Origin: Planctomycetota bacterium
Lineage (GTDB): Bacteria > Planctomycetota > UBA1135 > UBA2386
Assembly (NCBI GenBank): GCA_046290465.1
Contig: JBKAGP010000001.1
Location: forward strand, 3,072,001-3,136,000
Reading direction: 5' to 3'
Length of the DNA stretch: 64,000 nt
Shown: one piece after another, positions 10,263 through 19,573 of the stretch
Numbering within the stretch: the first letter of the stretch is position 1
Layout: each line of letters begins with the position of its first letter
Program-made: the position numbers and the translations under genes
Notes under the pieces: generated by a model
Databases searched by the model: none
What the model was told of the DNA's origin: nothing
Seen by the model: the letters and a program-made list of their open reading frames with translations, nothing else

Positions 10263-10904
10263 ATGGAGACCACTGCCACCAGGATCCCGCTCGCCGCCAA
10301 GCTCGGCTTCAGCGCGTTCATGGCCGTGCTCGTGCCGACCTACTGGGTCAACTACGGGCCGACCAACTTCCTCTACTTCTGCGACGTCGCGCTGTTCTTG
10401 ACCCTGGTCGGCATGTGGACCGAGAAGGCGCTGCCGATCGGGATGGCTGCGGTCGGCATCGTGCTGCCGCAGATGCTGTGGGTCCTCGACTTCGTCTGCG
10501 AACTGTTCGGCGTGCCGCTGGTCGGCATGACCGCCTACATGTTCGAAGAGCAGAACCCGCTGTTCAATCGCAGCCTGTCGCTGTTCCACGGCTGGCTGCC
10601 GTTCCTGCTGCTGTGGCTGGTGCGCAGGACCGGCTACGACCGCCGATCGCTGCTGGCGTGGACCGCGACGGCCTGGGTGCTGATCGTGATCTGCTACCTG
10701 TGGATGCCGCCGCCGCCGGAGCCCGGCGCGATCGTCGATCCCAACCTGCCCGTCAACATCAACTACGTCTTCGGGCCGGATGGGCGCCAGACGTGGATGC
10801 CGGAGCTCGCGTGGCTCGCGGTCTGGCTGTTGGCGCAGCCACTGGTGCTGGCCGGGCCGACGCACCTGTTGTTGCGTCGGCTGGTGCGCGCGCCAGCGGA
10901 ATGA
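10263..10904 (+). CDS. Integral membrane protein of unknown function
   Basis: Several TM helices; YGPTNFLYFCD, LSLFHGWLP and NINYVFG segments look conserved. Confidence 0.75.
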   Translation: METTATRIPLAAKLGFSAFMAVLVPTYWVNYGPTNFLYFCDVALFLTLVGMWTEKALPIGMAAVGIVLPQMLWVLDFVCELFGVPLVGMTAYMFEEQNPLFNRSLSLFHGWLPFLLLWLVRRTGYDRRSLLAWTATAWVLIVICYLWMPPPPEPGAIVDPNLPVNINYVFGPDGRQTWMPELAWLAVWLLAQPLVLAGPTHLLLRRLVRAPAE

Positions 10905-10937
10905 GCGGCGCGCTGGCGCGACTGCAAGCGGTCTGGA

Positions 10938-11276
10938 CTACCAGCGGTCGCCGCGACCGCCGCCGCCACCACCGCCGTAGCCACCACGGCCACCGCCGCC
11001 ACCGCCACCGCCACCGCTGCGCGGACGACGCTCTTCGGCTTCGTTGACGCGCAGGCTGCGGCCGTCGATGTCCTGGCCGTCCATGGCCTGGATCGCGTTC
11101 TGCGCTTCCTCGTCCGAGTTCATCTCGACGAAGCCGAAGCCGCGCGAGCGGCCGGTCTCACGATCGTTGAGGATCGAGACGCTCTTCGGCGTGAAGCCGG
11201 CCTGCTCGAAGGCACCCTGCAGGATGTCTTCGGTGGTGTTCCAAGAAAGGTTTCCGACGAACAAACGAGTTCCCAT
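10938..11276 (-). CDS. RRM-domain RNA-binding protein with Gly-rich tail
   Basis: RNP2 LFVGNL, RNP1 RGFGFVEM, C-terminal GGGGRGGYGG. Confidence 0.95.
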   Translation of the reverse strand: MGTRLFVGNLSWNTTEDILQGAFEQAGFTPKSVSILNDRETGRSRGFGFVEMNSDEEAQNAIQAMDGQDIDGRSLRVNEAEERRPRSGGGGGGGGGRGGYGGGGGGGRGDRW

Positions 11277-11586
11277 GTCTAACTCCGACCCTCGCGACTC
11301 GAACGGTCGGGAGCGCGACGATCGTCGCGGTTCTCGCTTCGGCTGCGAACGCCCGGCTCGACGAGAGTCGGACGACCGCGGCACCGACAAGCAGGCGATG
11401 CGGGTCAACCAGTCGATGAAGTCTCCGGAGGCGTCGACTGGGCCGCATTCCAGGCCCACACGTTAGGCGACGAACCCGCCTGACAGCCAAAAAAATCCGG
11501 GACTTGTGATGCGCCCGGCGGCCAGCTGGCGTGCCCCGGCGGGCCGGTCCGGAGGCCCGGGAGTGCCGGGCGGCGAGGCCTCAGCA

Positions 11587-11695
11587 GGTCCCGGGGCCCG
11601 GTCCCGGGGCCTGTCCCAGGAGCCCGTCCCAGGAAGTCCGTCCCAGGAGTCCGTCCCAGCAAGCCCGTCCCACGGGCCGGTTCCCGCGGCCGGTC
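11587..11695. repeat. Degenerate tandem array of about 8-9 units of 12-14 bp with a GTCCC core
   Basis: ggtcccggggccc ggtcccggggcc tgtcccaggagccc gtcccaggaagtcc gtcccaggagtcc gtcccagcaagccc gtcccacgggccg gttcccgcggccg, in the spacer between the desaturase and RRM genes. Confidence 0.8.
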
Positions 11696-12820
11696 CTACG
11701 GATTGGGCGCGGCGACCTGCGCCTGCGCCATCGCCTTGCGGATCCGGCGCAGCTGCCCCCAGCCGACCAGCTTCTTGGAGGCTTCGTCCCAGAGGCGCAG
11801 CCGCAGCGACCGGAAGCTCGACCAGAACGTCATCACCCGCACGCTCGAGAACAGCGTGTTCGACGCGTGGCAGCGCTCGAGGTTGTAGTTGGGGATGCGC
11901 GGGCTGAGGTGGTGGATGTGGTGGAAGCCGATGTTGCCGGAGAACCACTGCAGCACCTTGGGCAGCCGCAGGAACGAGCTGCCCTCGAGCGCCGCGACCG
12001 TGTAGTCCCAGTCCTCGTGGCGCTCCCAGTAGGCCTCCTCGAACTGGTGCTGCATGTAGAACAGCCAGATGCCGATCGCGCCGGCCCCCATCAGGATCGC
12101 CAGCTGCAGGACCAGGTAGGGCCCGAAGCCGAAGATCGTGCCCATCACGCACAGCATCGCGAACAGCGCCAGGTTGGTGTTGCGCACCGAGCGGCGTTCG
12201 GCGTCGCTGGCCGACGAGCGGGCAAAGCGGTGCAGCACGAAGAACATCACGAACGGGGCGACCACGAACAGCGCGAACGGGTGGCGCGCGACGCGGTAGG
12301 CGAACCGGCGCCAGCGCGACGACGCGAGGTATTCGCGCACCGTCATCGTCCAGACGTCGCCGACGCCGCGGCGGTCGAGGTCCCCGGTGGCGCCGTGATG
12401 GATCGCGTGCTCGGCCCGCCAGTGGCGGTACGGCGTGAACGTCAGCACCCCGGTCAGGCCGCCGACCAGGTCGTTGGCCCTGCGCGACGGGAAGAACGAG
12501 CCGTGCGTCGCATCGTGGAAGATGATGAAGGTGCGCACCAGCAGGCCCGAGCCGAGCACGACCAGCGGCAGCGCCAGCCACCAGCTGACGGCGATCGCGA
12601 AGTAGAGCAGCACCCACGTCGCCGCGTAGAGGGCGAGGGTCGTCACCAGCTGCCAGCCCGCCCGCCAGGAGTTCGGCCGCGTGAACTCGGCGACCAGCGG
12701 CCGCCAGTCGGAAGCGTTCCACTTCGGCAAGCCTTCGTCGCGTGTAGCATCCGACGGGGGCGAGAGGCGCGCCTTGGACCGGCTCGGGCAGGCGTCGCGG
12801 TAAGGGTTGGTTGTCGTCAT
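11696..12820 (-). CDS. Membrane fatty acid desaturase (Des-like)
   Basis: Three His boxes: HDATH, HAIHH, HHIHH; also FYMQHQFEE and PRIPNYNL. Confidence 0.92.
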   Translation of the reverse strand: MTTTNPYRDACPSRSKARLSPPSDATRDEGLPKWNASDWRPLVAEFTRPNSWRAGWQLVTTLALYAATWVLLYFAIAVSWWLALPLVVLGSGLLVRTFIIFHDATHGSFFPSRRANDLVGGLTGVLTFTPYRHWRAEHAIHHGATGDLDRRGVGDVWTMTVREYLASSRWRRFAYRVARHPFALFVVAPFVMFFVLHRFARSSASDAERRSVRNTNLALFAMLCVMGTIFGFGPYLVLQLAILMGAGAIGIWLFYMQHQFEEAYWERHEDWDYTVAALEGSSFLRLPKVLQWFSGNIGFHHIHHLSPRIPNYNLERCHASNTLFSSVRVMTFWSSFRSLRLRLWDEASKKLVGWGQLRRIRKAMAQAQVAAPNP

Positions 12821-13050
12821 ACGAAACCGTCCGCCAACCAGCAGCGCGCCGCCGACCGTCGGACGAGAGGGGTTTGGGCTACAGAACCTATCGACCACAG
12901 GGGCGGATCGGCAGAACCTTCCTCGAAAGTCGTCCGCCCCTGCACGCCGGATCTTCACGAGGCTCACACATTGCCCATCACCTCCGCCGCCAGACTGCTT
13001 GCGCGGAACCTGCGCAGAGCCGCGCCCGACCGCATCGTCAACCACCCCGC

Positions 13051-14064
13051 ATGCCGCCTTCCACGCTCGAATCCGACCTCGAGATCGACGCCCCGATCGG
13101 CCCGACCGACGGCCGCACGAGCGATCCGGAGGCGCCGGTGAGCAAGCCGTCGCGGTGGCAGCGCCTGCTCGGCCAGGAGGACCTGAACTTCCTGCTGACC
13201 AACCGCATCCCACGCCGGCTCAGCACCCGGCTGATGGGCTGGTTCAGCAAGATCCCGACCGGGCCGCTGACGCGCCTGTCGATCGCGACCTGGAAGCTGT
13301 TCGCTCCGGACCTCGATCTCAGCGAGGCGAAGAAGGCGCGCTTCCGCAGCCTGCACGACTGCTTCATCCGGGAGCTCAAGCCCGGCATGCGCCCGGTCGA
13401 CCCGCGGCCCGAGATCCTGACCAGCCCGTGCGACGCGCTGGTCGGCGCGCACGGCCGCGTCGAGGGCACCCGGGTGTTCCAGGCCAAGGGCTTTCCGTAC
13501 TCGATCCAGGACCTGCTCGGCGACGACCAATTGGTCGAGCGCTACCGCGACGGCGTGTTCGTCACGCTGCGGTTGAAGTCGAGCTTCTACCACCGCTTCC
13601 ATGCGCCGTGCGCCGGTGCGCTGAAGCGCGTGGTCTACATCAGCGGCGACACCTGGAACGTCAACCCGATCGCGCTGAAGCGGGTCGAGAACCTGTTCTG
13701 CAAGAACGAACGCGCGGTGCTCGACCTCGAACTGCCCGAGCAAGACCAGCACGTCGCGATCGTCGCGGTCGCCGCGATCCTGGTCGCCAGCATCAAGCTG
13801 CACTGCCTCGGGCCGACGCTCGATCTGCAGTACCGCGGCCCCAACCTGCTCCCCTGCGACGCCGTCTTCGACAAGGGCGACGAGCTCGGCTACTTCCAGC
13901 ACGGCTCGACGCTGATCGTGTTCGGCAGCCAGGGGTTCGAGTTCTGTGACCACATCGCCGAGGGCGCGATGGTGCGCGTCGGCCAACCGCTGATGCGCCG
14001 CCCGCGGGGCGACCGACGAGACCAACCCGAGCGACCGCTCGAAGACCCGAAGACGAAGCCATGA
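13051..14064 (+). CDS. Phosphatidylserine decarboxylase-like pyruvoyl proenzyme
   Basis: SLHDCFIRELK, SPCD, YHRFHAP, LFCKNER, self-cleavage motif GYFQHGST. Confidence 0.88.
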   Translation: MPPSTLESDLEIDAPIGPTDGRTSDPEAPVSKPSRWQRLLGQEDLNFLLTNRIPRRLSTRLMGWFSKIPTGPLTRLSIATWKLFAPDLDLSEAKKARFRSLHDCFIRELKPGMRPVDPRPEILTSPCDALVGAHGRVEGTRVFQAKGFPYSIQDLLGDDQLVERYRDGVFVTLRLKSSFYHRFHAPCAGALKRVVYISGDTWNVNPIALKRVENLFCKNERAVLDLELPEQDQHVAIVAVAAILVASIKLHCLGPTLDLQYRGPNLLPCDAVFDKGDELGYFQHGSTLIVFGSQGFEFCDHIAEGAMVRVGQPLMRRPRGDRRDQPERPLEDPKTKP

Positions 14065-14732
14065 CCCAAGCCGCCGTTCAGGCCGACCGCCCGGCCACGT
14101 TCTACGAAGCGCTGCAGACCCAGCGTTGGGACGACCACCGCTTCTACCACCACAGCCGCATCAACCAGTCGCTGCACTTCGTCAGCGCGCTGAGCTTCCT
14201 GTGCGCCTACGTGTTCCTCGCGTGCGGCTGGGTCGTCACGGCCGCCGCGCTCGGCTGGGGCGTCTCGATGGTGACCCGCCAGTCGGGCCACTTCTTCTTC
14301 GAGCCGAAGACCTACGACGACGTCAACGACGTGTCGTTCCAGCACAAGGAGGACATCAAGGTCGGCTACAACCTGGTGCGCAAGTACGTGCTGATGGCCG
14401 CGTGGGCCGCGACGACCTTCGTCCCCTACTTCACGCCGACGATGTTCGGCATCTACTCGCAGCCCTACTACGCCGACGAGAGCGTGATGGTCTACGAGTA
14501 CTGCCACCGCGTCGCGTGGCTGTGGATGGCGACCGGCGCCGCCGCGATCCTGATCCGCACGACCTGGCTGTGCGTCAACGTCGAGGTGCGCCACGGCCTC
14601 GTCTGGATGACCAAGATCCTGACCGACCCGTTCCACGACGCGAAGATCTACTGGAAGGCGCCGCTCAAGCTGCTGCAGGGAGAACGGCTGGACCCGATGA
14701 CCGACTGGCCCGAGCCGACCCGCCGCGTCTGA
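14061..14732 (+). CDS. Mpo1/DUF962-like His-rich membrane protein
   Basis: YHHSRINQSLH and RQSGHFFFE resemble the H-x3-N-x3-H and Q-x-GH-x3-E motifs of DUF962. ATGA overlap with the psd-like gene. Confidence 0.65.
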   Translation: MTQAAVQADRPATFYEALQTQRWDDHRFYHHSRINQSLHFVSALSFLCAYVFLACGWVVTAAALGWGVSMVTRQSGHFFFEPKTYDDVNDVSFQHKEDIKVGYNLVRKYVLMAAWAATTFVPYFTPTMFGIYSQPYYADESVMVYEYCHRVAWLWMATGAAAILIRTTWLCVNVEVRHGLVWMTKILTDPFHDAKIYWKAPLKLLQGERLDPMTDWPEPTRRV

Positions 14733-14806
14733 TCGCGGCCGCGCCCGACCTTGCTGTCGCCATGCGACGTGTCGTCGACGAGCCTGGCGGGCTACGCTCT
14801 GCGGCG

Positions 14807-15268
14807 ATGAACATGGACAGAGAGAAGGTCATCGCCGTGCTCAACGAGATCCTCGAGATCGAGCTGGCCGGCGTCGTCCGTTACACGCACTACTCGCTGA
14901 TGATCTTCGGGCACGCGCGCATCCCGATCACCAAGTGGTTCCGGGACGTCGCGACCGAGTCCCACCAGCACGCGATCCAGGCCGGCGAATACGTCACCAG
15001 CCTCGGCGGCCACCCGTCGCTGCAGATCGGCCCGCTGCTCGAGACGCACAAGCACGACATCGACGCGATCATGGAGGAATCGATCGCGCACGAACGGGTC
15101 GGCGTGCGCAAGTACCGCGACCTGCTCGAACTGGTCGAGGGCAAGGACGTGCGGCTCGAGGAGTATGCGCGCACGATGATCATGGACGAGGAGAACCACC
15201 TCTGCGAGATCGAGAAGATGCTGCGTCGGCCGGGTGAGACGACCCCGGTCGTGATGCCGGAGAGCTAG
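14807..15268 (+). CDS. Ferritin-like (bacterioferritin-related) diiron protein
   Basis: LNEILEIELAGVVRYTHY, ESHQHA, LGGHPSL, DEENH. Confidence 0.85.
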   Translation: MNMDREKVIAVLNEILEIELAGVVRYTHYSLMIFGHARIPITKWFRDVATESHQHAIQAGEYVTSLGGHPSLQIGPLLETHKHDIDAIMEESIAHERVGVRKYRDLLELVEGKDVRLEEYARTMIMDEENHLCEIEKMLRRPGETTPVVMPES

Positions 15269-15269
15269 G

Positions 15270-16115
15270 CTGTCCGCGGCCCGGACCCTGCTGCTGACGA
15301 GCCTCGCGCTGGTCGCGTTCGCCGGCAACTCCGTGCTGTGCCGGCTCGCGCTGCGTGACGGCGCGATCGATGCCTGCAGCTTCACCGCGCTGCGGCTGGT
15401 CAGCGGCGCGCTGCTGCTGGCCCCGCTGCTGCTGCCTTGCCGCAGCGAGCAACGACCACCGTGGCGGCCGGCCGCCGGCCTGGCCCTGTTCGCGTACGCG
15501 ATCGCATTCTCGCTCGCCTACGTGACGCTGCCGGCCGGCAGCGGCGCGCTGCTGCTGTTCGGCTGCGTGCAGCTGACGATGCTGGTCGCCGGCTTCGCGC
15601 GCGGCGAACGTCCGTCCGCGCTCGGCGCGACGGGCATCGTCGCCGCGATGGCCGGCGTCGTCGTGCTGGTGCTCCCCGGGGTGCAAGCACCCGATCCGCT
15701 CGGCGCCGCGCTGATGGCCGTCGCGGGAATCGCCTGGGGCGCCTACTCGCTGCTCGGCCGCGGCGCGCGCGCACCGGTGACCGCGACCGCCCGCAACTTC
15801 GCCATCGCGGCCCCGCTCGCGGCCGCCGCGATGCTGGTCGCGTCGGCGAACGCCAGCTGGAGCACGACCGGGGTGCTGCTGGCGGTGGCTTCGGGCACGA
15901 TCACCTCCGCCGTCGGCTACGTGCTGTGGTACGCCGCGCTGCCGTCGCTGACCGCGACCAACGCCGCGGTCGTGCAGCTGGCGGTGCCGGCGATCGCGGC
16001 GATCGGCGGGGCGCTGGCGCTCGACGAAGCGCTGGACCTGCGCCTGCTGTCGGCTGGCGGGCTGACGCTGGGCGGCATCGCGGTGGCGATCCTGGGCCGA
16101 CCGAAGCGCCGCTGA
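15270..16115 (+). CDS. DMT/EamA family transporter
   Basis: LALVAFAGNSVLCRLAL, DACSFTALRLVSGA, YAIAFSLAY, WGAYSLLG. The family-like N-terminus extends upstream of the GTG at 15333 to about the CTG at 15270, so the start is uncertain. Confidence 0.85.
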   Translation: MSAARTLLLTSLALVAFAGNSVLCRLALRDGAIDACSFTALRLVSGALLLAPLLLPCRSEQRPPWRPAAGLALFAYAIAFSLAYVTLPAGSGALLLFGCVQLTMLVAGFARGERPSALGATGIVAAMAGVVVLVLPGVQAPDPLGAALMAVAGIAWGAYSLLGRGARAPVTATARNFAIAAPLAAAAMLVASANASWSTTGVLLAVASGTITSAVGYVLWYAALPSLTATNAAVVQLAVPAIAAIGGALALDEALDLRLLSAGGLTLGGIAVAILGRPKRR

Positions 16116-16192
16116 GCGCCCGTTCCTCGCGGAGACGGAGACGGACGTCCACGAAGCGTGCGACGCCGCCGAGCAGCGCCGCTTTCGGCCGG

Positions 16193-16295
16193 ATGATGTG
16201 TACGCAAATCATTCGATGCCCGTGGCTTGCCCCAGACCTTCCAGAACGGCATGCGTCGAATTCCTTTGCATGCGAACCATTCGCCTACAAAGTAG
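16193..16295. promoter_or_regulatory. Three related 20-bp pseudo-palindromes upstream of the MarR gene (putative autoregulatory operators)
   Basis: ATGATGTG-TACG-CAAATCAT (16193-16212), TTCCTTTG-CATG-CGAACCAT (16261-16280), ACCATTCG-CCTA-CAAAGTAG (16276-16295), in an AT-richer spacer. Confidence 0.55.
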
Positions 16296-16323
16296 GGGCG
16301 TGCACGAGAACGAGCCGGAAAGC

Positions 16324-16854
16324 ATGGACCTCGAAGACCTGATCGTCGCCGCCGTTCGCCGGCTGATGCGCGCGGTCGACCTGCACAGCAGGCGCCTGGT
16401 CGACGAATACGGCCTCACCGGTCCCCAGCTCGCCACGCTGCAGACGCTGCAGCGGCGGGGCCCCACCGTCGCCAGCAACCTGGCGCGCGCGGTCCATCTG
16501 TCGGGAGCGACGATGACCGGCATCCTCAACCGACTCGAGAAGCGCGGCTTCGTCGAGCGGACCCGGGGACAGTCGGATCGGCGCACCGTGCAGGTCAGCA
16601 TCACCGCCGTCGGCGACGAGGTGCTCGCGCGCGCGCCGTCGCTGCTGCAGGACCGGTTCCGCAAGGAGCTGTCGCACCTCGAGACCTGGGAGCAGCTGAT
16701 GATGCTCGCCAACCTGCAGCGCATCGCGTCGATGATGGACGCCGAGCAGCTCGACGCCGCGCCGCACCTGGTCAGCGAGGCCGGGGCCCTCGACCAACCC
16801 ACCACCGACCTGCCGCAGCCGCCTTCGAGCCCCGAAGACCCGCGCCGCAACTGA
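16324..16854 (+). CDS. MarR family regulator, EctR/CosR-like
   Basis: RRLMRAVDLHSRRL..YGLTGPQL, DRR wing, C-terminal LQRIASMMDAEQLDAAP typical of the EctR/CosR subfamily. Confidence 0.85.
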   Translation: MDLEDLIVAAVRRLMRAVDLHSRRLVDEYGLTGPQLATLQTLQRRGPTVASNLARAVHLSGATMTGILNRLEKRGFVERTRGQSDRRTVQVSITAVGDEVLARAPSLLQDRFRKELSHLETWEQLMMLANLQRIASMMDAEQLDAAPHLVSEAGALDQPTTDLPQPPSSPEDPRRN

Positions 16855-16867
16855 AACCGCACCGCTG

Positions 16868-17824
16868 ATGAAGACCAACCGGGCCAACGACGCGAAGGCC
16901 GACTTCGACTCGATCTACACGCAGCCGACGCCGCATGCGTACTTCCGCCAACTGAGCCAGCTGGACTACAGCATCTGCGACGAGATCCGCCCGTTCTGCC
17001 TCGCTGCGCTGCGATCGGTGAGCCAGGACCGGCCGATCCCCCGCATGCTCGACATCGGTTGCAGCTATGGCATCAACGCCGCGATCGTGCGTCACGGACT
17101 GTCGTTCGCGGAACTCAATCGCCTGCTCGAGATCAACCTGCCCGAACGCGAACCCGAGGCCGCCGCCGAGGCGCTGCGGCTGGCGCTGACCTTTGCCGGC
17201 CCGGGCACCAAGCTGCAGTGCGATGGCCTCGACGTGTCCAGCCCCGCGGTGCGGTTCGCGCAGAGCGCCGGCATCCTGGACCACGGCATCACCGCGGACC
17301 TGGAAGCCGAAGGCAGCTCGCTGCCGCCGCAGCACCGCGCGCGGGTGCGCGACACCGACCTGCTGCTGTCGACCGGCGCCTTCGGCTACGTCACCGAGCG
17401 CACCCTGCGCAAGCTGCTGGAGTGCCTGCCCGAGGACTCGGCGACGCGCATGATGTTCACCGTGCTGCGCGTCTTCGACGCCAACCCGATCCTGCGCACG
17501 CTGCGCGAGTTCGGCTTCGAGTCGGTGTTCGTCGACGACACCCTGCTGCCGCAGCGCCGCTTCCGCTCCGAACGCGAACAGCGCGAGATCGTCGACCTGC
17601 TGGAGCAGCAGGGACTCGACGCCACCCGCGAGCGCCGCGGCCGCCACTTCGCGCGCCTGCTGATCGCGGCGCGTCCCGCCGACCTCAACGACTACCTCGC
17701 AATCATGCAGTCGATCGCCGCGCGGCGTCCGACCCTCGCCGTCCCGATGACCGGGGGCGAGACCGAGACCCCGACCGAGACCGACGCGACCGAGGCCGAG
17801 CAGAGCGGCGACGCCGAGCGCTGA
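16868..17824 (+). CDS. Class I SAM-dependent methyltransferase-like protein
   Basis: MLDIGCSYGIN motif I, GLDVSSPAV, LSTGAFGYV. Confidence 0.8.
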   Translation: MKTNRANDAKADFDSIYTQPTPHAYFRQLSQLDYSICDEIRPFCLAALRSVSQDRPIPRMLDIGCSYGINAAIVRHGLSFAELNRLLEINLPEREPEAAAEALRLALTFAGPGTKLQCDGLDVSSPAVRFAQSAGILDHGITADLEAEGSSLPPQHRARVRDTDLLLSTGAFGYVTERTLRKLLECLPEDSATRMMFTVLRVFDANPILRTLREFGFESVFVDDTLLPQRRFRSEREQREIVDLLEQQGLDATRERRGRHFARLLIAARPADLNDYLAIMQSIAARRPTLAVPMTGGETETPTETDATEAEQSGDAER

Positions 17825-19573
17825 TCAGCTCGCCGCCCGTTCGCCGACCTGCATCGCCGGGGCCGGCTCGGGCTCCGGGCCACCCGGCGAGGGCCGCAGC
17901 GGCGCCGGTTGCGCCTTGCGCTTGCCCTGGAACGCCGCGGCGAGCATCTCGCGCATCACCTGCTTCTTGATCGACTTCGCGGTCAGCTCCGCCGAGGTCC
18001 ACCACCAGCCGTCGGCCATCATCGCCTCGCCGGCGCGCACGAAGCGATCGCAGAAGTCGGCGAACTCGTCGTCGCTCAGGTCGTGCGTGAAGATGAACCG
18101 GCCGGTGCCGATCCAGCTGGGCGCGACGCCCTCGAGCCGCAGGTAGTACTGAAACATCCAGCTGTAGCGCGACGGCTGCGTGAACAGCGTCGTGAAGATC
18201 GACACCATGTTGGCGACCTGCAGCGGCAGGCCGGCCTCGGCGCAGCGCCGGTCGAGCAGCCGCGCCCGACCGTCCCAGCGCGCGTCGATGCCTTCGTAGG
18301 TGGCGAGGATCTCCGGACGTTCGAGCTGCAGCAGGAACTCGTTCATCGCCGTCATCACGTACGGGTGCGAGTTGAACGTGCCCCGCGCGAAGCAGATGTC
18401 GGTCGGCGAGTCGTCGCGGAAGCGCCGCATCAGCTCGCGCTTGCCGCAGACGACGCCGACCGGCAGGCCGCCGCCGAGCGTCTTGCCGTAGGTCACCAGG
18501 TCGGCCTTGACGCCGAAGTACTCCTGCGCGCCGCCGACCGCGAGACGGAAGCCGAGGAACACCTCGTCGAAGATCAGCACGATGCCGCGCAGCGAGCAGA
18601 CCTCGCGCAGCTCCGACAGCCACGCCGTGTAGGCAGCCTTGTCGTAGCTCGCCGTGCGTTCGCCGGTGACCAGCATCGAGTCGCTCGGCGCGTTGCCGTT
18701 GGGATGCAGCGCCTGCAGCGGGTTGATCAGCACGCAGGCGATGTCCTTGCGCGTCCGCAGAACCGCGAGGGTCTGCTGCGACATGTCGTTGAGCGTGTAG
18801 ATCTCGTGCGCCGGGCGCGGGTTGCCGACGCCGGCCTGCACGCCGTCCCACCAGCCGTGGTAGGCGCCACAGAATCGCACGACGTGCGACCTGCGGGTGT
18901 GGTAGCGGGCCAGGCGCACCGCCTGCATGACGGCTTCGGTGCCCGACATGTGGAACGAGACCTCGTCGAGGCCGGAGATCCGGGCCAGGCGCCGCACGTT
19001 GTCGGCGATCACCGGGTGATACGGCCCCAGCACCGGACCGAGTTCGCGCGCGCGCTCGACGCCGCGATCGATGCAGCCCTTGTAGAAGTCGTAGCCGAAC
19101 AGGTTGGCGCCGTAGGCGCCGGTCACGTCGACGCTCCAGTTGCCGTCGAGGTCGCGCACCCGCCGGTTGTCGGTCTCGGCCACGACGCAGCCGAGCGGCA
19201 GTTCGCGGCGGACGCGGTTGCGGAACTGGAACGGCACCCGGTAGTGGTTGACGAAGCGCACGTCGGAGATGCCGTGCTCGAGCTCGTCGCTGGCGGCCAG
19301 CGTCTTCGGGGCCTTCTCGCGCAGCCGGCGCGAGATCCCGTCGAACGCCTCGCGGCGTCGCTGCACGACCTCTGCGGGGGCACCGTCGCAGGCGAAGAAC
19401 TCGTCGTCGGCGTACTCGTAGAACGGCACGAACTTCGCCACGCGCCGCGCCATCTTGGCGTGGCCGCGGAGCGACGGGTGCTTGGCTCGCGACAGCTGCA
19501 GGCGGACGACGATCTTGCGGATCAGCCAGAATGCGGCCAGCGCCGCCAACGCGTAGAGCAGGTATTCCATCAT
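17825..19573 (-). CDS. Class III PLP aminotransferase (GSA-aminomutase-like) with N-terminal membrane anchor
   Basis: Hydrophobic N-terminus MMEYLLYALAALAAFWL; SGTEAVMQA, YHGWWD, LIFDEVFLGFR, TYGKTLGGGLPVG, GTFNSHP. ATGA overlap with the upstream GT gene. Confidence 0.88.
   Translation of the reverse strand: MMEYLLYALAALAAFWLIRKIVVRLQLSRAKHPSLRGHAKMARRVAKFVPFYEYADDEFFACDGAPAEVVQRRREAFDGISRRLREKAPKTLAASDELEHGISDVRFVNHYRVPFQFRNRVRRELPLGCVVAETDNRRVRDLDGNWSVDVTGAYGANLFGYDFYKGCIDRGVERARELGPVLGPYHPVIADNVRRLARISGLDEVSFHMSGTEAVMQAVRLARYHTRRSHVVRFCGAYHGWWDGVQAGVGNPRPAHEIYTLNDMSQQTLAVLRTRKDIACVLINPLQALHPNGNAPSDSMLVTGERTASYDKAAYTAWLSELREVCSLRGIVLIFDEVFLGFRLAVGGAQEYFGVKADLVTYGKTLGGGLPVGVVCGKRELMRRFRDDSPTDICFARGTFNSHPYVMTAMNEFLLQLERPEILATYEGIDARWDGRARLLDRRCAEAGLPLQVANMVSIFTTLFTQPSRYSWMFQYYLRLEGVAPSWIGTGRFIFTHDLSDDEFADFCDRFVRAGEAMMADGWWWTSAELTAKSIKKQVMREMLAAAFQGKRKAQPAPLRPSPGGPEPEPAPAMQVGERAAS

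Noticed and set aside
16324..17824. Ectoine biosynthesis locus
   Set aside because: Only the EctR-like regulator is present; no ectA, ectB or ectC is recognisable.
17825..19573. Calling the aminotransferase hemL
   Set aside because: The membrane anchor, extra length and lipid-gene context argue against the tetrapyrrole enzyme.
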